Shown here in pieces: positions 41,959-53,206 of a stretch of DNA of 64,000 bases. This DNA comes from Epithemia pelagica (lineage: Eukaryota; Protista; Bacillariophyta). The stretch lies in NCBI GenBank assembly GCA_946965045.2, contig OX337237.1, positions 868,001 to 932,000 of the forward strand, written 5' to 3'. Made by a program: the position numbers and the translations under genes. Positions within the stretch are counted from its first letter, which is position 1. Each line of letters begins with the position of its first letter. The notes under the pieces are model-generated. The model had not been told where the DNA came from, made no database searches, and saw only the letters and a list, made by a program, of their open reading frames with translations.

Positions 41959-42735
41959 AATTCTCACCGTCTATGGTGGTTAGATTCTACATCTCATCGA
42001 TTCCCCATGTCACATAGCCTCGTGCTATCGCATCATGCCATATAGCTTCGAGCTATGTTCCCTAGCTTCGCGCTATATCGACCTATATTTCTTCGCAAAT
42101 CATGAAAAGTGAGAATAGATTGACGAACTCACTCTCAAGACTAAACTGGGTCGTGCGGTATTACAACGGACATAAATTTGGCCGTTGCTCGGACATTATA
42201 CTAACGCCCTAAGCGTACGCGCCCGAAATCATCGAGCGCGCCCAAGCGACATCCGAGCGCTATCGGCATCTATCCGATCCAACGGTCTAAGAATCCCAAG
42301 CACGACACACGATCACGCGAGACCATATTTCCATTCCCACAATCTCCAAATTGTCAACAAGCTGCGCGCCATGAAAACAACTATGCCGACCCAAAGCAAG
42401 AGCTGTTGACCCTGTATATGTTATCCGCCCACATATACATGTCATATACATCACATGAATCGACTCCAACTATTCCAAACCTGTTGCCGCCAAGAACCTA
42501 TGACACATGACCCTTGGCAGGACCGAACATTTCACGTAGACCTATCGTAGTAATCAACACACAATCTAACAATATCACCATTTATCACATCCTCTTTTGT
42601 GTCCCGACTATCCTTCTGATAGACTTCGACTTGCTTGCTTCTCTGACCCTGAGAAGCTTGTATCGGTTGGTGACCTACCTGATTGTCTGCTCTACCGAGC
42701 ATCAATGTCCCTACGATTCAGAAAGAATTGTAACA
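41953..42735 (+). repeat. 3' LTR of inner element
   Basis: Near-identical to 34352-35134. Confidence 0.97.
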
Positions 42736-42740
42736 CCAAC

Positions 42741-43348
42741 AACCCCAAAGCAAGTCATGCAAAAGCTATCAAGTGGATTGTCCGATATCTGGCCTCGACA
42801 ATGAACCAAGGAACCATCTTCCATCCAACCACCAAGTACCAGCTTGATTGTTACGTTGATGCTGATTTCATGGGGCTTCATGGACGCGAAAAAGAAGAGA
42901 AGCCAATCAGCGCTAAATCTCGAACCGGTTACATCATCAACTTTGGAGGATGTCCGCTGATTTGGAAGTCACAGCTCCAGTCAGAAACCGCTCTGAGCAC
43001 CTTCCACGCCGAATATGTTGCCTTGTCCCAGTGTATGAGAGAAATCTTGTGGATCCAACGAGTTTTTCAAGAGATCAACAGCACCTTGAAATTGCCAACC
43101 GACACACCAAACATCCACGCAACTGTTTTGAAGACAACAACAGTGCTTATCTTCTGGCAAACAGTCAAAAGGTGAGCCACCGATCGCGGAGCCTGAACTG
43201 CAAGTTCCATTTCTTCTGGGAGATGATCAACAACAAATCCGCCACTGTGGAAAAATGTGATACAACTGTGATGCGCGCGGATTATTTGACGAAGGGACTG
43301 AGCCACGAAGTGTTCGAACGCCTTCGCAAGTTGAATCAAGGTTGGTGA
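42741..43348 (+). pseudogene. RNase H remainder of the outer pol, with a one-base frameshift at T-run 43126-43129
   Basis: Removing the nested element and one TSD rejoins ARFSN|NPKASHAKAIK...YVDADF...STFHAEY. The expected VFEDN motif is split by a missing T, followed by ADYLTKGL. Confidence 0.9.
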
Positions 43349-43417
43349 CACGACGTCTGCCCTTCACACCATCCGTATCTTTCTTTGCTACCCCTCTCAT
43401 TCGATCTCTAGAGGGAG

Positions 43418-43747
43418 AGTCAGAGTTAACAAGGACGGGAAGATCTCGGAGAGGTCTGACCGCCAACGAACTAACCCGTGGGAAAACTACCCTCCCACGG
43501 ATTTCCTAACATAACCATGCGGGAGTCTAATGTTCCTATGATTTAGGTCAAGTCATGGATGAAATGAACCAGACAAGGAACGAATGAATAGACGACCTTG
43601 AAAAAGCAAAGTTCTAGAATAAACAACCTTATAATATCATCAGAACAACTTTGCTAAAGCAACTTGTTCGTCCAACTTGCTGCAGAGGACTGATCAACTC
43701 TGTAGCGAGCCCAGTGGTATTGCCTAGTTTACTTGCGTACTTTGATT
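43418..43747 (+). repeat. 3' LTR of outer element (330 bp)
   Basis: Direct repeat of 26731-27056, preceded by the PPT. Confidence 0.92.
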
Positions 43748-44665
43748 GGTTGGAACACTTCCGATCCTCATCCTGCAGGTTCCAAAGAGTGCAGACCAAT
43801 TCCATTGATCTTGCCCAGGCAATCTAATGATTGTGGGCCTGTGACCGATGGGGAATGGTGGCGTACGTACAGCTCTATACTCTGCCTCTGCCCCTCCTTC
43901 GAGTAGAGAGGTAGAGTGGGTAGTACGATAGTGATTTGCTTCCGAGTAACGTCTTTTGTGTCCCTTCCACAGACAAGGGGCCCCCTTATTCATTTTCCCG
44001 GAATGACTGTTCGTCCCCCCTGTTTTTCAAATTCTCACGCCGTTGGAACAACGGTTGGAGTCCTTTGGTGCATATGGGACCAACGGTTTCGTGCCCCGCG
44101 TGTATACACTGGACCACACTGAGGGGCCACGTCACCCCCTAAATTCTTCGAAGAATCCGAGTGCGTACAAAATGCGCACCTGGTTTCTGGGTCTGTGGGC
44201 CGGGCTCGCAACAACCGTTCGGAAGATACCCTCCAACTGTCGGTCGTCCCCATCGTCCAGTTGTTTCGGGAAGCTGTCGTCTCCTCACGCCTCACGCACC
44301 GTCCAACGAACAAGAACCGTGCTGGTGATGGGGTGTGTCACACCGTCCCATCACACATCATTCGCATTTGGAATCTTTTTTCCATTCCATCATAATTTTT
44401 CCATCCATGACATCCACAAACTCTCGATTGGAACCAACCACTCGGCTCATCTGGATCCATTCTCAACCCCAACGAGAATTGACCACAAGAAGAACAAGAG
44501 AGAGTCTGATTATTTGCTTCATCGTCTCTCCCATAAAACCAACCGATTGCCTGACAGCCTCCCCTTGTATCTCTTTTGCTACCTTTCAGTTTTCCTTGGG
44601 TATCGAAATCACTGACTCACTCCATCCATTGGAAATTCCTCAAGAAAAAAGAACCTTTGTTCACC

Positions 44666-46753
44666 ATGATGTGGCCCACCAGTACTCCACCTCGAGTACT
44701 CTCCGTCGGATCGCTCATCGCCACCGTGTTGCTGGCCCTTCCGCAACTCCAGCCATGCTCGGCCTTTCCCCCCTTCCTTCCGGCCATGGAACCACCGTCG
44801 TGCAGCAGCAGCAGCAGCACTCCGGTCGCCCCCAAGAACATGCCGAGTAGTTCCCCCTCTTCGTCGTCGCTCTTGTTGTTGGTACCTCCGGAAGATCGGT
44901 TCGATTGTACCTACTATACGACGACCACACGACGGTCCTCGTCGTCGTCCAAACAACGTCGCTTCTGGAACAAGCTGACACAACGCTTTCGTCGTCGTTG
45001 TCGTCATGGAGGAGGAGATTTGGTCCAGTGTGCCAGCGCGGCGGTCCTCACCCCTCCTCCCTTGGAGGAAGTGGACCGTACCCTCCCTCGCAACGATCCG
45101 GACGACATTCCACAAGACGACGACATGACTGTAGCACCGCATCATGATTTTCATCACGAAATGGCTGGTTTGTGTCACATGATGAATCAATTGGAACAAG
45201 AAATTGAACGCACCAGTCGAACGGCTCTAGTCTCCCAACCCTCGTCCTCTCGTGGACGTCGGCGACAAGAACAACACGAGGAACACGTGACAACCTTGCA
45301 TACCTACTACGAGGCCGCCAAATCCACCATTCCTCGCTTGACACAAATTCAACAAGAATTGACCGATTTGGAAAAGGCCCTCGATGAATTGGAAGCCTGG
45401 AATGCCAAACGATTTCCCGACCGACCGAGTCACCCCAAACGTGCGGGCGACAAGGACACGATCAAAACGTCCTTTTCAGTAGCCGCACCACCCCTTGAAG
45501 AAGAAGAAGAAGAAAGGTCATTGGAACGAGAGCAAGCGTCTGAGGCCAAAAAGAATGGCAAATTTCCCTTTTTCTTTGCCGACATGTGGGCGCCCCGTCA
45601 TCGCTTGCGCACCCATGTCGTACCAGAATCTACCGTGGTAGTGGCAGCCGCTGACCAGGAGCCAGAAATCGGCACAGACACTGACCAAGAGCAAGAGTCA
45701 CAAAATACGGCGGCCCATGTCGCCATGATGATGCGAGCCAAGCAATTTTTGCAAGGCATGAATCGACAAGCCAAAAAGGAAGAACAAGAACAAGAAGACA
45801 CTGTATCGTCGTCCGATTCGAATCGACCCAAATTTCCTCATCATGCCTGGAGCCCCGTCACACCCACAGCTGAAACCAAACAAGCCAAATCGGAACTCAC
45901 GGATACGTCCACTCCCACAAATGTCACATCCTCCAACAGTTTGTTGGAGACCAAAATGGATCAAGAATGGAAGGCTCTTCAAAAACTCAATACGGATGGT
46001 CCCCAATACATTTCCTCCTCGTCGCCACAGCCCAATGCAAGCCAAACACTTGCTCCGAATCAGGAGAGTGACGACAATACTCAGGACAAGGAAGATCATT
46101 TTTCCTTGAAAGAATTGGCCCAACAATGGGTGGCCACTCGAGATGCGGCCCAGGAGGACGGACAAGAAGAAGACGACGACGAATCACGACAAACCGCCAA
46201 AGTTCCATCCGTCACCACAACCAGTCGAACCACAACAGTCCCCAAAGTCTCCCACAAACCATTGACCATGGGTGCTGTGAAATCATCATCGTCGTCCCGG
46301 ATTGGTGGCAAACCCATTCCAGCTGCCAATACCCACATGCCAGCTTCGACGGGTACCATGATGACGACCACGGCCACCAAGAAACGTGTGGTCGTGGGTC
46401 GACGAAAAGTCGTGGTGGGATCCACGACAACAACAACAACAACAAGCACCGTATCCAGTCCTTCCATGCAACACAGCAAACGTGTTCCTATTCGTTCCAT
46501 GGCCAGTACTACCAGAACACCGACCAAGGATTCCAACCAACAAAATCCATTCGTCGGACGGTTGTCCACTACCAGCAGTATCGAAGTCACAAATGGTGCA
46601 ACCGTACCATCTGGGGACACTCCTCCTCCATCTGCTATCGACCAAGATGATGAAATGGACAAGGAAAACACTCAAGAAAAGCCTCAACGTGTGTTGAAAC
46701 GATACTTGACCAAGAGGAAACAACAACAACCCGAAGAATCTACCACACTCTAG
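44666..46753 (+). CDS. Unknown low-complexity/coiled-coil protein with a predicted bipartite plastid presequence
   Basis: Hydrophobic signal ending CSA/FPP followed by a Ser-rich transit-like region; long open frame. Confidence 0.6.
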   Translation: MMWPTSTPPRVLSVGSLIATVLLALPQLQPCSAFPPFLPAMEPPSCSSSSSTPVAPKNMPSSSPSSSSLLLLVPPEDRFDCTYYTTTTRRSSSSSKQRRFWNKLTQRFRRRCRHGGGDLVQCASAAVLTPPPLEEVDRTLPRNDPDDIPQDDDMTVAPHHDFHHEMAGLCHMMNQLEQEIERTSRTALVSQPSSSRGRRRQEQHEEHVTTLHTYYEAAKSTIPRLTQIQQELTDLEKALDELEAWNAKRFPDRPSHPKRAGDKDTIKTSFSVAAPPLEEEEEERSLEREQASEAKKNGKFPFFFADMWAPRHRLRTHVVPESTVVVAAADQEPEIGTDTDQEQESQNTAAHVAMMMRAKQFLQGMNRQAKKEEQEQEDTVSSSDSNRPKFPHHAWSPVTPTAETKQAKSELTDTSTPTNVTSSNSLLETKMDQEWKALQKLNTDGPQYISSSSPQPNASQTLAPNQESDDNTQDKEDHFSLKELAQQWVATRDAAQEDGQEEDDDESRQTAKVPSVTTTSRTTTVPKVSHKPLTMGAVKSSSSSRIGGKPIPAANTHMPASTGTMMTTTATKKRVVVGRRKVVVGSTTTTTTTSTVSSPSMQHSKRVPIRSMASTTRTPTKDSNQQNPFVGRLSTTSSIEVTNGATVPSGDTPPPSAIDQDDEMDKENTQEKPQRVLKRYLTKRKQQQPEESTTL

Positions 46754-47398
46754 ACGACGCAACAAGAAACCAGACTTTGTTCTCAACAACACGTTTAGTT
46801 GATGGGCAGGGAATACAAGTCTAGCAAAACGATGGTAGAAACAAGAGGACGGTTGAAAAGAGGACGGGGACGACGCTATGATACGCGAATGGTAGGTGAG
46901 GAAGAAGGAGCCACAGCCACACAAGACGCGTTGGAGACGAGGCTCTGCGATGATGCAAAGAAGAAAAACGATCCGCGGTGCCATTATTCCGTTTATGATG
47001 CTCCAAGACCAATGCAATGGACCATATATCTATTTATCAGTTCTATAATATACTTGCATTTACCAACCCTTCACCGATCCCTCTTTTTGTCTCTGAGCAA
47101 AATTGACAAGCAATTTATGTACTTATCTCGAATCCGACCCCTAAATTTGATCCTTTCATCCGAGCAGAAAAATATTACCAGTTGGAATCACAACTCGCTA
47201 CTCGCTACCTCTCCCCGAAAGGTGGCATTCTTTCAAAAGGCAAGTCATTCCTACGATAGTGGTAATATCGGATCTGTATTTCCTAGTACTCCTACGAATT
47301 ATTTCAGAATGAATAGATATCCGTAGTTCCGTAGTTGAATTACTGGGATATGCATACAGAATGAAGAAACGCGGGATGCCCTCAAAGGTTTCATTCCT

Positions 47399-49045
47399 TT
47401 AGGGAGACATGACCAATAGGATATTCGCTTCGGCTTGCTTCAATTGGCCGAGCCACTTTCCCGTTGGGATCCCGACAAAGTCTGCCAAAAGTCGCTTGTA
47501 GTGGACCAATGTTTCACAGCCCTGATTGAGAAGGGTGAGAGAAGTCCCGGTGTCTTGGACAGTTTGTGTCGACAGCATGTTGGCCAGAATGCATGATGAA
47601 AAGGTCTCAAACGGTGTCAACTCTCTTCGAAGAAAAGCCAAGTACCTTTCAATGCGACGATTTTCTCCTGTGTCATAAAGTTCCGACACGGCATTCAAAG
47701 TAACCTCCAGAGACTTTGCAAACGCTGCGGTCATTACTTTCGGATGCCAACGCATGGGTCCTTTAATCTTTTTGTGCAAGGATGGATTCTGCTCCACGAC
47801 CTCATAAACAAAGGATAAATCCCGGCGGAAATAGTACAGCGCTATGTTACTGTCCGATCCACCGGTTTTCGCGTACGCAAGGCTGGTTTCTCGATCCCTT
47901 AGCCATCGATACATTGTTTTACCCAGCGGAAAGAGGCAGTGTCCGGCACTTATCCACGCTTTTGCAAACGCACGCTTTCTTAAAAACAAGGGGTGGAGTG
48001 TCGTGACTATCTGATGTAGCCGTGATTCGCAAAATTTCGGAACTGCTTCGATGATCAGATCCTGGTGCTGCAGCTGCATTTCGTGGGGGACATACTGGAC
48101 CACATTTGCGTTACGAACGAGCAACTGCTCCCAAAACCCAGGGTCTCTGGTCAAGTTCCGACTCAAAAGAGGGAGAGCGTCGACACAGTAGCCGCATATT
48201 TCGAACATCAGTTCAGAATCCGACCGTACGTCCATCGGGGCGTATGTACTCATCAGATCAACGAAATCGTTCCTGATATTTCCTGGAAGCTCGCAGGACA
48301 TTTTCCATATCTTCCGCCAAAATTGCTGGTCTCTGCATACCTCGACGACATGCTGACACATTTCTTGAAGTGTGTCGATATCTGTTATATGCGAGATCCT
48401 GCGAGCAAAGGATTCACTCCCCCTCAATAGTTCGGGAAGCTGCCCCCAACTAAGTTTCCCTTTTTCTATGGCATGCTGGAAAAATGCGTCATCAAAGCAA
48501 GGGCAATCCTCTGATCTGAGGTGATTGTGTTGAATTCCATGTAGTGCTATCTCGAGATGGTTCCGCTGAAGGTGATACGAGACGTTCTCAAAGGATATTT
48601 TCCCATGAATGACAGCAGTCGCGAGAAGACTATTGTTTGAATGAAGCGTGATGGGTATATCTGTCCAATTTGGACCATTCATGGCTCGAAGAGCATGGAA
48701 AGCAACTTGTTCATTTTTCTTCAACTCAAGCGGCAACTTCTTCCATGTTGCTTCTACCAGTTCAAGGTCTGTATCATCAGCGTAGCACTCTGCAAACTCA
48801 TCTCGCTGCCCTTTGGCATTGATATCCACACAGAAAGATTTGAATATAGCACATGCCGTATCGGCATCAAGCACCTGTTTGCCTGATGACAGGTCGACTG
48901 ATGGAGTATTGTCCGTTAGTAGGTTGTACAGAGTCCCTTCACGAAACGCATCCAGTAGGAATTGCTTGAGATCAGGATTTTGATGCAACTGATTAATCAT
49001 CTTGTGATTATCTTCTTTATTCTTTGTTTGAGTCTCGATCATCAT
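47399..49045 (-). CDS. DUF4116-like helical repeat protein
   Basis: Repeated W..LP..L..(D/N)..F...A units (WKKLPLELKKNEQVA, WGQLPELLRGSESFA, YFRRDLSFVYEVV) and a C-terminal LIADFVGIP-like motif. Confidence 0.6.
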   Translation of the reverse strand: MMIETQTKNKEDNHKMINQLHQNPDLKQFLLDAFREGTLYNLLTDNTPSVDLSSGKQVLDADTACAIFKSFCVDINAKGQRDEFAECYADDTDLELVEATWKKLPLELKKNEQVAFHALRAMNGPNWTDIPITLHSNNSLLATAVIHGKISFENVSYHLQRNHLEIALHGIQHNHLRSEDCPCFDDAFFQHAIEKGKLSWGQLPELLRGSESFARRISHITDIDTLQEMCQHVVEVCRDQQFWRKIWKMSCELPGNIRNDFVDLMSTYAPMDVRSDSELMFEICGYCVDALPLLSRNLTRDPGFWEQLLVRNANVVQYVPHEMQLQHQDLIIEAVPKFCESRLHQIVTTLHPLFLRKRAFAKAWISAGHCLFPLGKTMYRWLRDRETSLAYAKTGGSDSNIALYYFRRDLSFVYEVVEQNPSLHKKIKGPMRWHPKVMTAAFAKSLEVTLNAVSELYDTGENRRIERYLAFLRRELTPFETFSSCILANMLSTQTVQDTGTSLTLLNQGCETLVHYKRLLADFVGIPTGKWLGQLKQAEANILLVMSP

Positions 49046-50109
49046 TGTCGTTGGTCGAGGTTTTACATATGGATACAAAGGAAAGAACCTTGGCGCTTTT
49101 CTCTCTGCTGCTGGAAAAATGCGAGAACAAGGGTAAATGTGGCGCGGTGGTTCGTTTCCGATTGTTTGGCAGTCCTCCGGCGCGCGCCGGAGCTCCAGAA
49201 CGGACGGACGGAGGTGAGGCTGGGCGCGCTTGACCTCTAGAAGGAGCAGCGCTTGCACAGACTCGCACGCCAAGGAATAAGGAACAGCACATTATTGACG
49301 AGCACAACGAACAACGACAACGACAACGACACTACCAACTACCACAGCAGCTTGTTCACATTATTGAAAGAGTGTCGATCGCCCATCATCCATCATTGGT
49401 CCTGCCTCCTTCTTCTGTCGTTTGGTCTTTTGTTTGGACGTGAGACAAAGTGAACACGATGAATGATGGATGTGCATGGGGCAGAGCAATCCACAGAATC
49501 GCATGAAGCACAACTGGATTGGACGATCAAGCACAGTCCACAATTTCTGCCTGGATAAAGCTCCTCTGGTTTTTCCTTGTCCTTGTTGAATCACTGTTTG
49601 GACAATCATTGTTGTTTGTGGAAACTTGTGTCAAACAACAGTGAAGAAACCTCGGGGACCGAATCTCTTGTTTCACAACAACCATGCCGGATGCTAACAA
49701 AGAATCATATCCACTGTGAGGTATTCGAAAAACGAAATGAGTAAACAACATTGTCGCGCACTGTAAACTGAACGACCTTTTTATTCAACCGATGACATTT
49801 TCCCGAATTCGGGGACAGGTGTACTTTGTCACACGCCTTGCTCTGCTTTTGTCGTGCTCTAACTGTGGTTTAGTCCTGGAGAGGTAAGGTTGGCAAACCA
49901 AAATCAAGGGGATATCATGACTTGTTGAGACGAACAAGCCAATGATTCACCTTCGCATCACCTTTCAAAACCAGGGTACGACCAAGACATTCTTTTTGGA
50001 AACGGCTCCACTGCCCAATGAAGATACGGCGACGTATCACAAGGTTTCTCCCACGCCGAACCGGGTAGAATCGTAAAATTTGGCGGTGACTGTTGTCACC
50101 AACAACCAT

Positions 50110-50810
50110 AACAACGAGCCAGGAATCAAGAACGACAATGAGGAAGACATAGACTCACAGAGCATGAATCGACAAGTCAAAAGAAGAGAAGAACAACAAC
50201 AACACGACACGAAACTGTCGTTCGATTCGGATCGACCCAAAGTTCCTCGTCGTGTCTGGAGCCGACAGCCGGAAAAACAAAACAGCCGAAGTTCACTCCC
50301 AAGAATGTTACATCCAACAGTTTGTTGGAGACCAAAATGGTTCAACAATCGAAGGCCCTTCAACAACGCAATTCGGCTGGTCCTCCTCTTCGCATCAGCC
50401 CAATGCAAGCCAAGCACTTGCTCAGACTCAGGATAGTGACGACAGTACTCACGACAAGGAAGATCATTCTACCGTTTCCTTGAAAAAAATGGCCCATCAA
50501 TGGTTGGCCAGAACAACCACAACAAACCACCAAAGTTCCGTCGGTCACCACAACCAGTCGAACCACAACAGCCCCCAAAGTCTCCCAAAAACCATTGGCC
50601 ATGGGTGCTGTGAAGCCATCCTTGTCCCGGACTGGTGGCAAACCCATTCCAGCTGCCAGTACCCACATGCCAGCTTCTACGGATACCATGATGACGACCA
50701 CTGCTACCAAGAAACGTGTGGTCGTAGGTTGGCGAAACGTTGTCGTGAGATCCAGGACAACGACAACACCCGCATCTGTTTCTAGTCCCTCTATGCAACA
50801 CAGCAAAATG
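50110..50810 (+). pseudogene. Degenerate partial duplicate of the 3' half of gene 44666-46753
   Basis: Frameshifted homology to about 45650-46470 (HMPAST.TMMTTTATKKRVVVG); a smaller fragment recurs at about 51845-51940. Confidence 0.8.
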
Positions 50811-51024
50811 ATATGGTGTACTATACTTCCGACAAGAGAAGATTACGCTCTAAATGTGGGAGCTTCGCAAAGTTGCACTCCTTCTGGACCATACTGTTGG
50901 CTGGCTTGACCTTTGGGAGATACATTTTTCCTCCGCATCGATCGACTTTGGACGTAAAAGACAAAGTGTTCCACCCAAAAGCTTGCCAATGTGAAGGATA
51001 CTGCTCAAGGCATCCATGACAGGT

Positions 51025-51642
51025 TTAAGAGCGTTTCATTTCGACGTCATTGCTTCGGTCGGTCATTGTGACATCGCTCTGGGTGCTACGCTGGGTGCTG
51101 ATCTCCATTGATGAAATTGCGTCATTCATAGACTCGTTGCTGCTTACGTTGGAAAGACCGGTCAACTCCGACGGAGTGTCATGAGATGCGGTGTCTTCAA
51201 TGGTGTCCGGAAGCAGGGTAAACTCTTCATAAAAAATCGAAAGATTCATCAAGTGAGAAGCAAAGGAACGAGAAAATGCGTCTTCTTTCCAGTTGTCAAA
51301 TTTCTCCAATGCCTGATGGAGATCGTGCACTTCGGCCGTCGTTTTCGAAATCGCATTGAGAATTTGCTGAATAGAATCAGTTTGTTTCATTGTTTCTTTA
51401 AACTTATCCGCATCGTTGTTTTCGACGATTTCCTTCAAAAATCGCCGGATATCTGCAGCTCCATGCGTGGGAATTTCGTTCCTCTTGTTGCTCTTGTTTC
51501 TCTTTTTGGTTTTTCGCTTGACCAACCTTTGCTTCGACTTTTTGTCTTCCTCCGACCACACAACGCCCGGGAAGTGAACCTTCTTTTTGTGTGTAGGGGG
51601 TGAAGTGGAATCAATGGGAGACTCTGGAAGGTTTTTGAACAT
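51025..51642 (-). CDS. Unknown 205-aa basic/acidic protein
   Basis: Intact ATG ORF with a K/R-rich NLS-like block; paralog at 52305-52885. Confidence 0.5.
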   Translation of the reverse strand: MFKNLPESPIDSTSPPTHKKKVHFPGVVWSEEDKKSKQRLVKRKTKKRNKSNKRNEIPTHGAADIRRFLKEIVENNDADKFKETMKQTDSIQQILNAISKTTAEVHDLHQALEKFDNWKEDAFSRSFASHLMNLSIFYEEFTLLPDTIEDTASHDTPSELTGLSNVSSNESMNDAISSMEISTQRSTQSDVTMTDRSNDVEMKRS

Positions 51643-52304
51643 GATAAAGCAAGCAAGGAAGGAAGAAAAGGAAGGATGAAACGCCCCAAACACTTTGTGG
51701 GTCCATCGTCGATTGCTACTTGCTACACACGAAAATCTCAAGACGTGACGCCGTAAGTACCGGCCGTCGCTTCAAGTGATCCACAATTGCGGGAGAAACA
51801 AACAGGGGCCACAGCCCACAGCCAACCGCTTTTTTCACCATAAAACCAGTCGAACCACAACAGCCCCGAAGTCTCCCACAAACCATTGGCCATGGGTGCT
51901 GTGAAACCATCCTTTGTCCCGGACTGGTTGCAAACCCATTCCATCTCCCATAGCTCAGGCATCCTACTCCTAGTCATGTCATCTCGTTCGTTGCGTTGTC
52001 GAATGAAAGTCGTCATTCAAGCCAAAAGGTAATCCTATGACGTACGATAAAAAGTGAATCATATGGTACTATACCTCCGACAAGAGAAGATTACGCTCTA
52101 AATGTGGGAGCTTCGCAACGTTGTTCTGGACCATACTGTTGGCTGGCTTGACCTTTGAGAGATACAGTTTTCCTCCGCATCGATCGACTTTGGACGTAAA
52201 AGACAAAGTGTTCCACCCAAAAGCTTGCCAATGTGAAGGATACTGCTCAAGGCATCCATGACAAGTTTAAGAGCGTTTCATTTCGACGTCATTGCTTCGG
52301 TCGG

Positions 52305-52885
52305 TCATTTTGTGACATCGCTCTGGGTGCTACGCTGGGTGCTGATCTCCATGGATGAAATTGCGTCATTCATAGACTCGTTGCTGCTGACGCTGGAAGG
52401 GCCAGTCAGCTCCGACGGAGTTTCCGGGGATCCTGTTTTTTCAGCAATCGTCTGAAGACGAAGTGAAAATTCATGGTGAATTCCGATCGACAGAGTCATC
52501 AAAATTGAAGCACGCAAACGAGCATCGAAGCTTTCGTTCCAGCTGTGAAAGTACTCCAATGCCTCATGGAGATTGTGCACTTGGGTCGTTTTTGAAATCT
52601 CGTCTAGGAGCTTCGGTATGGAATCAGTTTCTTTCATCGTTTCTTTAAACTTGTCGTTGTGTTTGACGATTTCTGTCAAAAATCGCCGGTATCTTCAGTT
52701 CCATGCGTGGGTAGTATTTCGTGCCTCTTGTTGCTCTTGTTTCTCTTTTTGGTTTTTCGCTTGACCAACCGTTGCGTTGACTTTTTGTCTTCCTCCGACC
52801 ACACAACGCCCGGGAAGTGAACCTTCTTTTGGTGTGTAGGTGGTGCAGAGGAATCCATGGGAGACTCTGCAAAGTTTTGGGGCAT
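52305..52885 (-). pseudogene. Frameshifted tandem paralog of 51025-51642
   Basis: ORF pieces 52676-52945 and 52305-52679 align to the N- and C-halves; 3' flanks 50810-51130 and 52060-52390 are near identical. Confidence 0.72.
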
Positions 52886-52963
52886 GACAAAGCAACACGC
52901 AAGGAGACGAGAGAACCAGTGGATCCACCATCGATTGCTGTACACACGAAAATCTGAAGAATC

Positions 52964-53206
52964 TGTTGAAACTCAAACAAGCTGTGCCGTAAAAGCAACT
53001 CTTTATAGGCTTATCGAACTACGTAATCTCCTTAGAATGAACTCTTGCTTGTTCCTCTTGCCTATTGTTGCTTTTGCCACGTCGACGGACCAAAGTCCAT
53101 GCTTCGGCATCTTCGTCATTCAAGCTTAGATCCTTTGCTTCCGAATCACTCTCTTTAGTCGCGCCTTGTTCGCTGCTGCTCGTCGCCTGGTCACATATCC
53201 TCAACA
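52964..53206 (-). repeat. 3' LTR
   Basis: Direct repeat of 58936-59178. Confidence 0.97.

Larger units (their letters stand above)
34352..42735 (+). mobile_element. Intact Ty1/copia (CoDi-like) LTR retrotransposon nested in the outer element
   Basis: 783-bp LTRs TG...CA (34352-35134 and 41953-42735) with 3 mismatches seen; TSD CCAAC (34347-51 and 42736-40); PPT GTGGGGAG; uninterrupted 1895-aa gag-pol. Confidence 0.98.
26731..43747 (+). mobile_element. Ty1/copia LTR retrotransposon (outer), interrupted by a nested element
   Basis: LTRs 26731-27056 and 43418-43747; TSD GGTTG (26726-30 and 43748-52); PBS 27057; PPT AGAGGGAG 43410-43417; domain order gag-PR-IN-RT-RH. Confidence 0.96.

Noticed and set aside
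43870-43925. Hairpin ACTCTGCCTCT...AGAGGTAGAGT as an ncRNA or terminator
   Set aside because: Short purine/pyrimidine-biased stem that is easy to get by chance; no tRNA or snRNA features.
47030-47360. AT-rich intergenic patch as a MITE or Helitron end
   Set aside because: No terminal inverted repeats or TSD found by eye.
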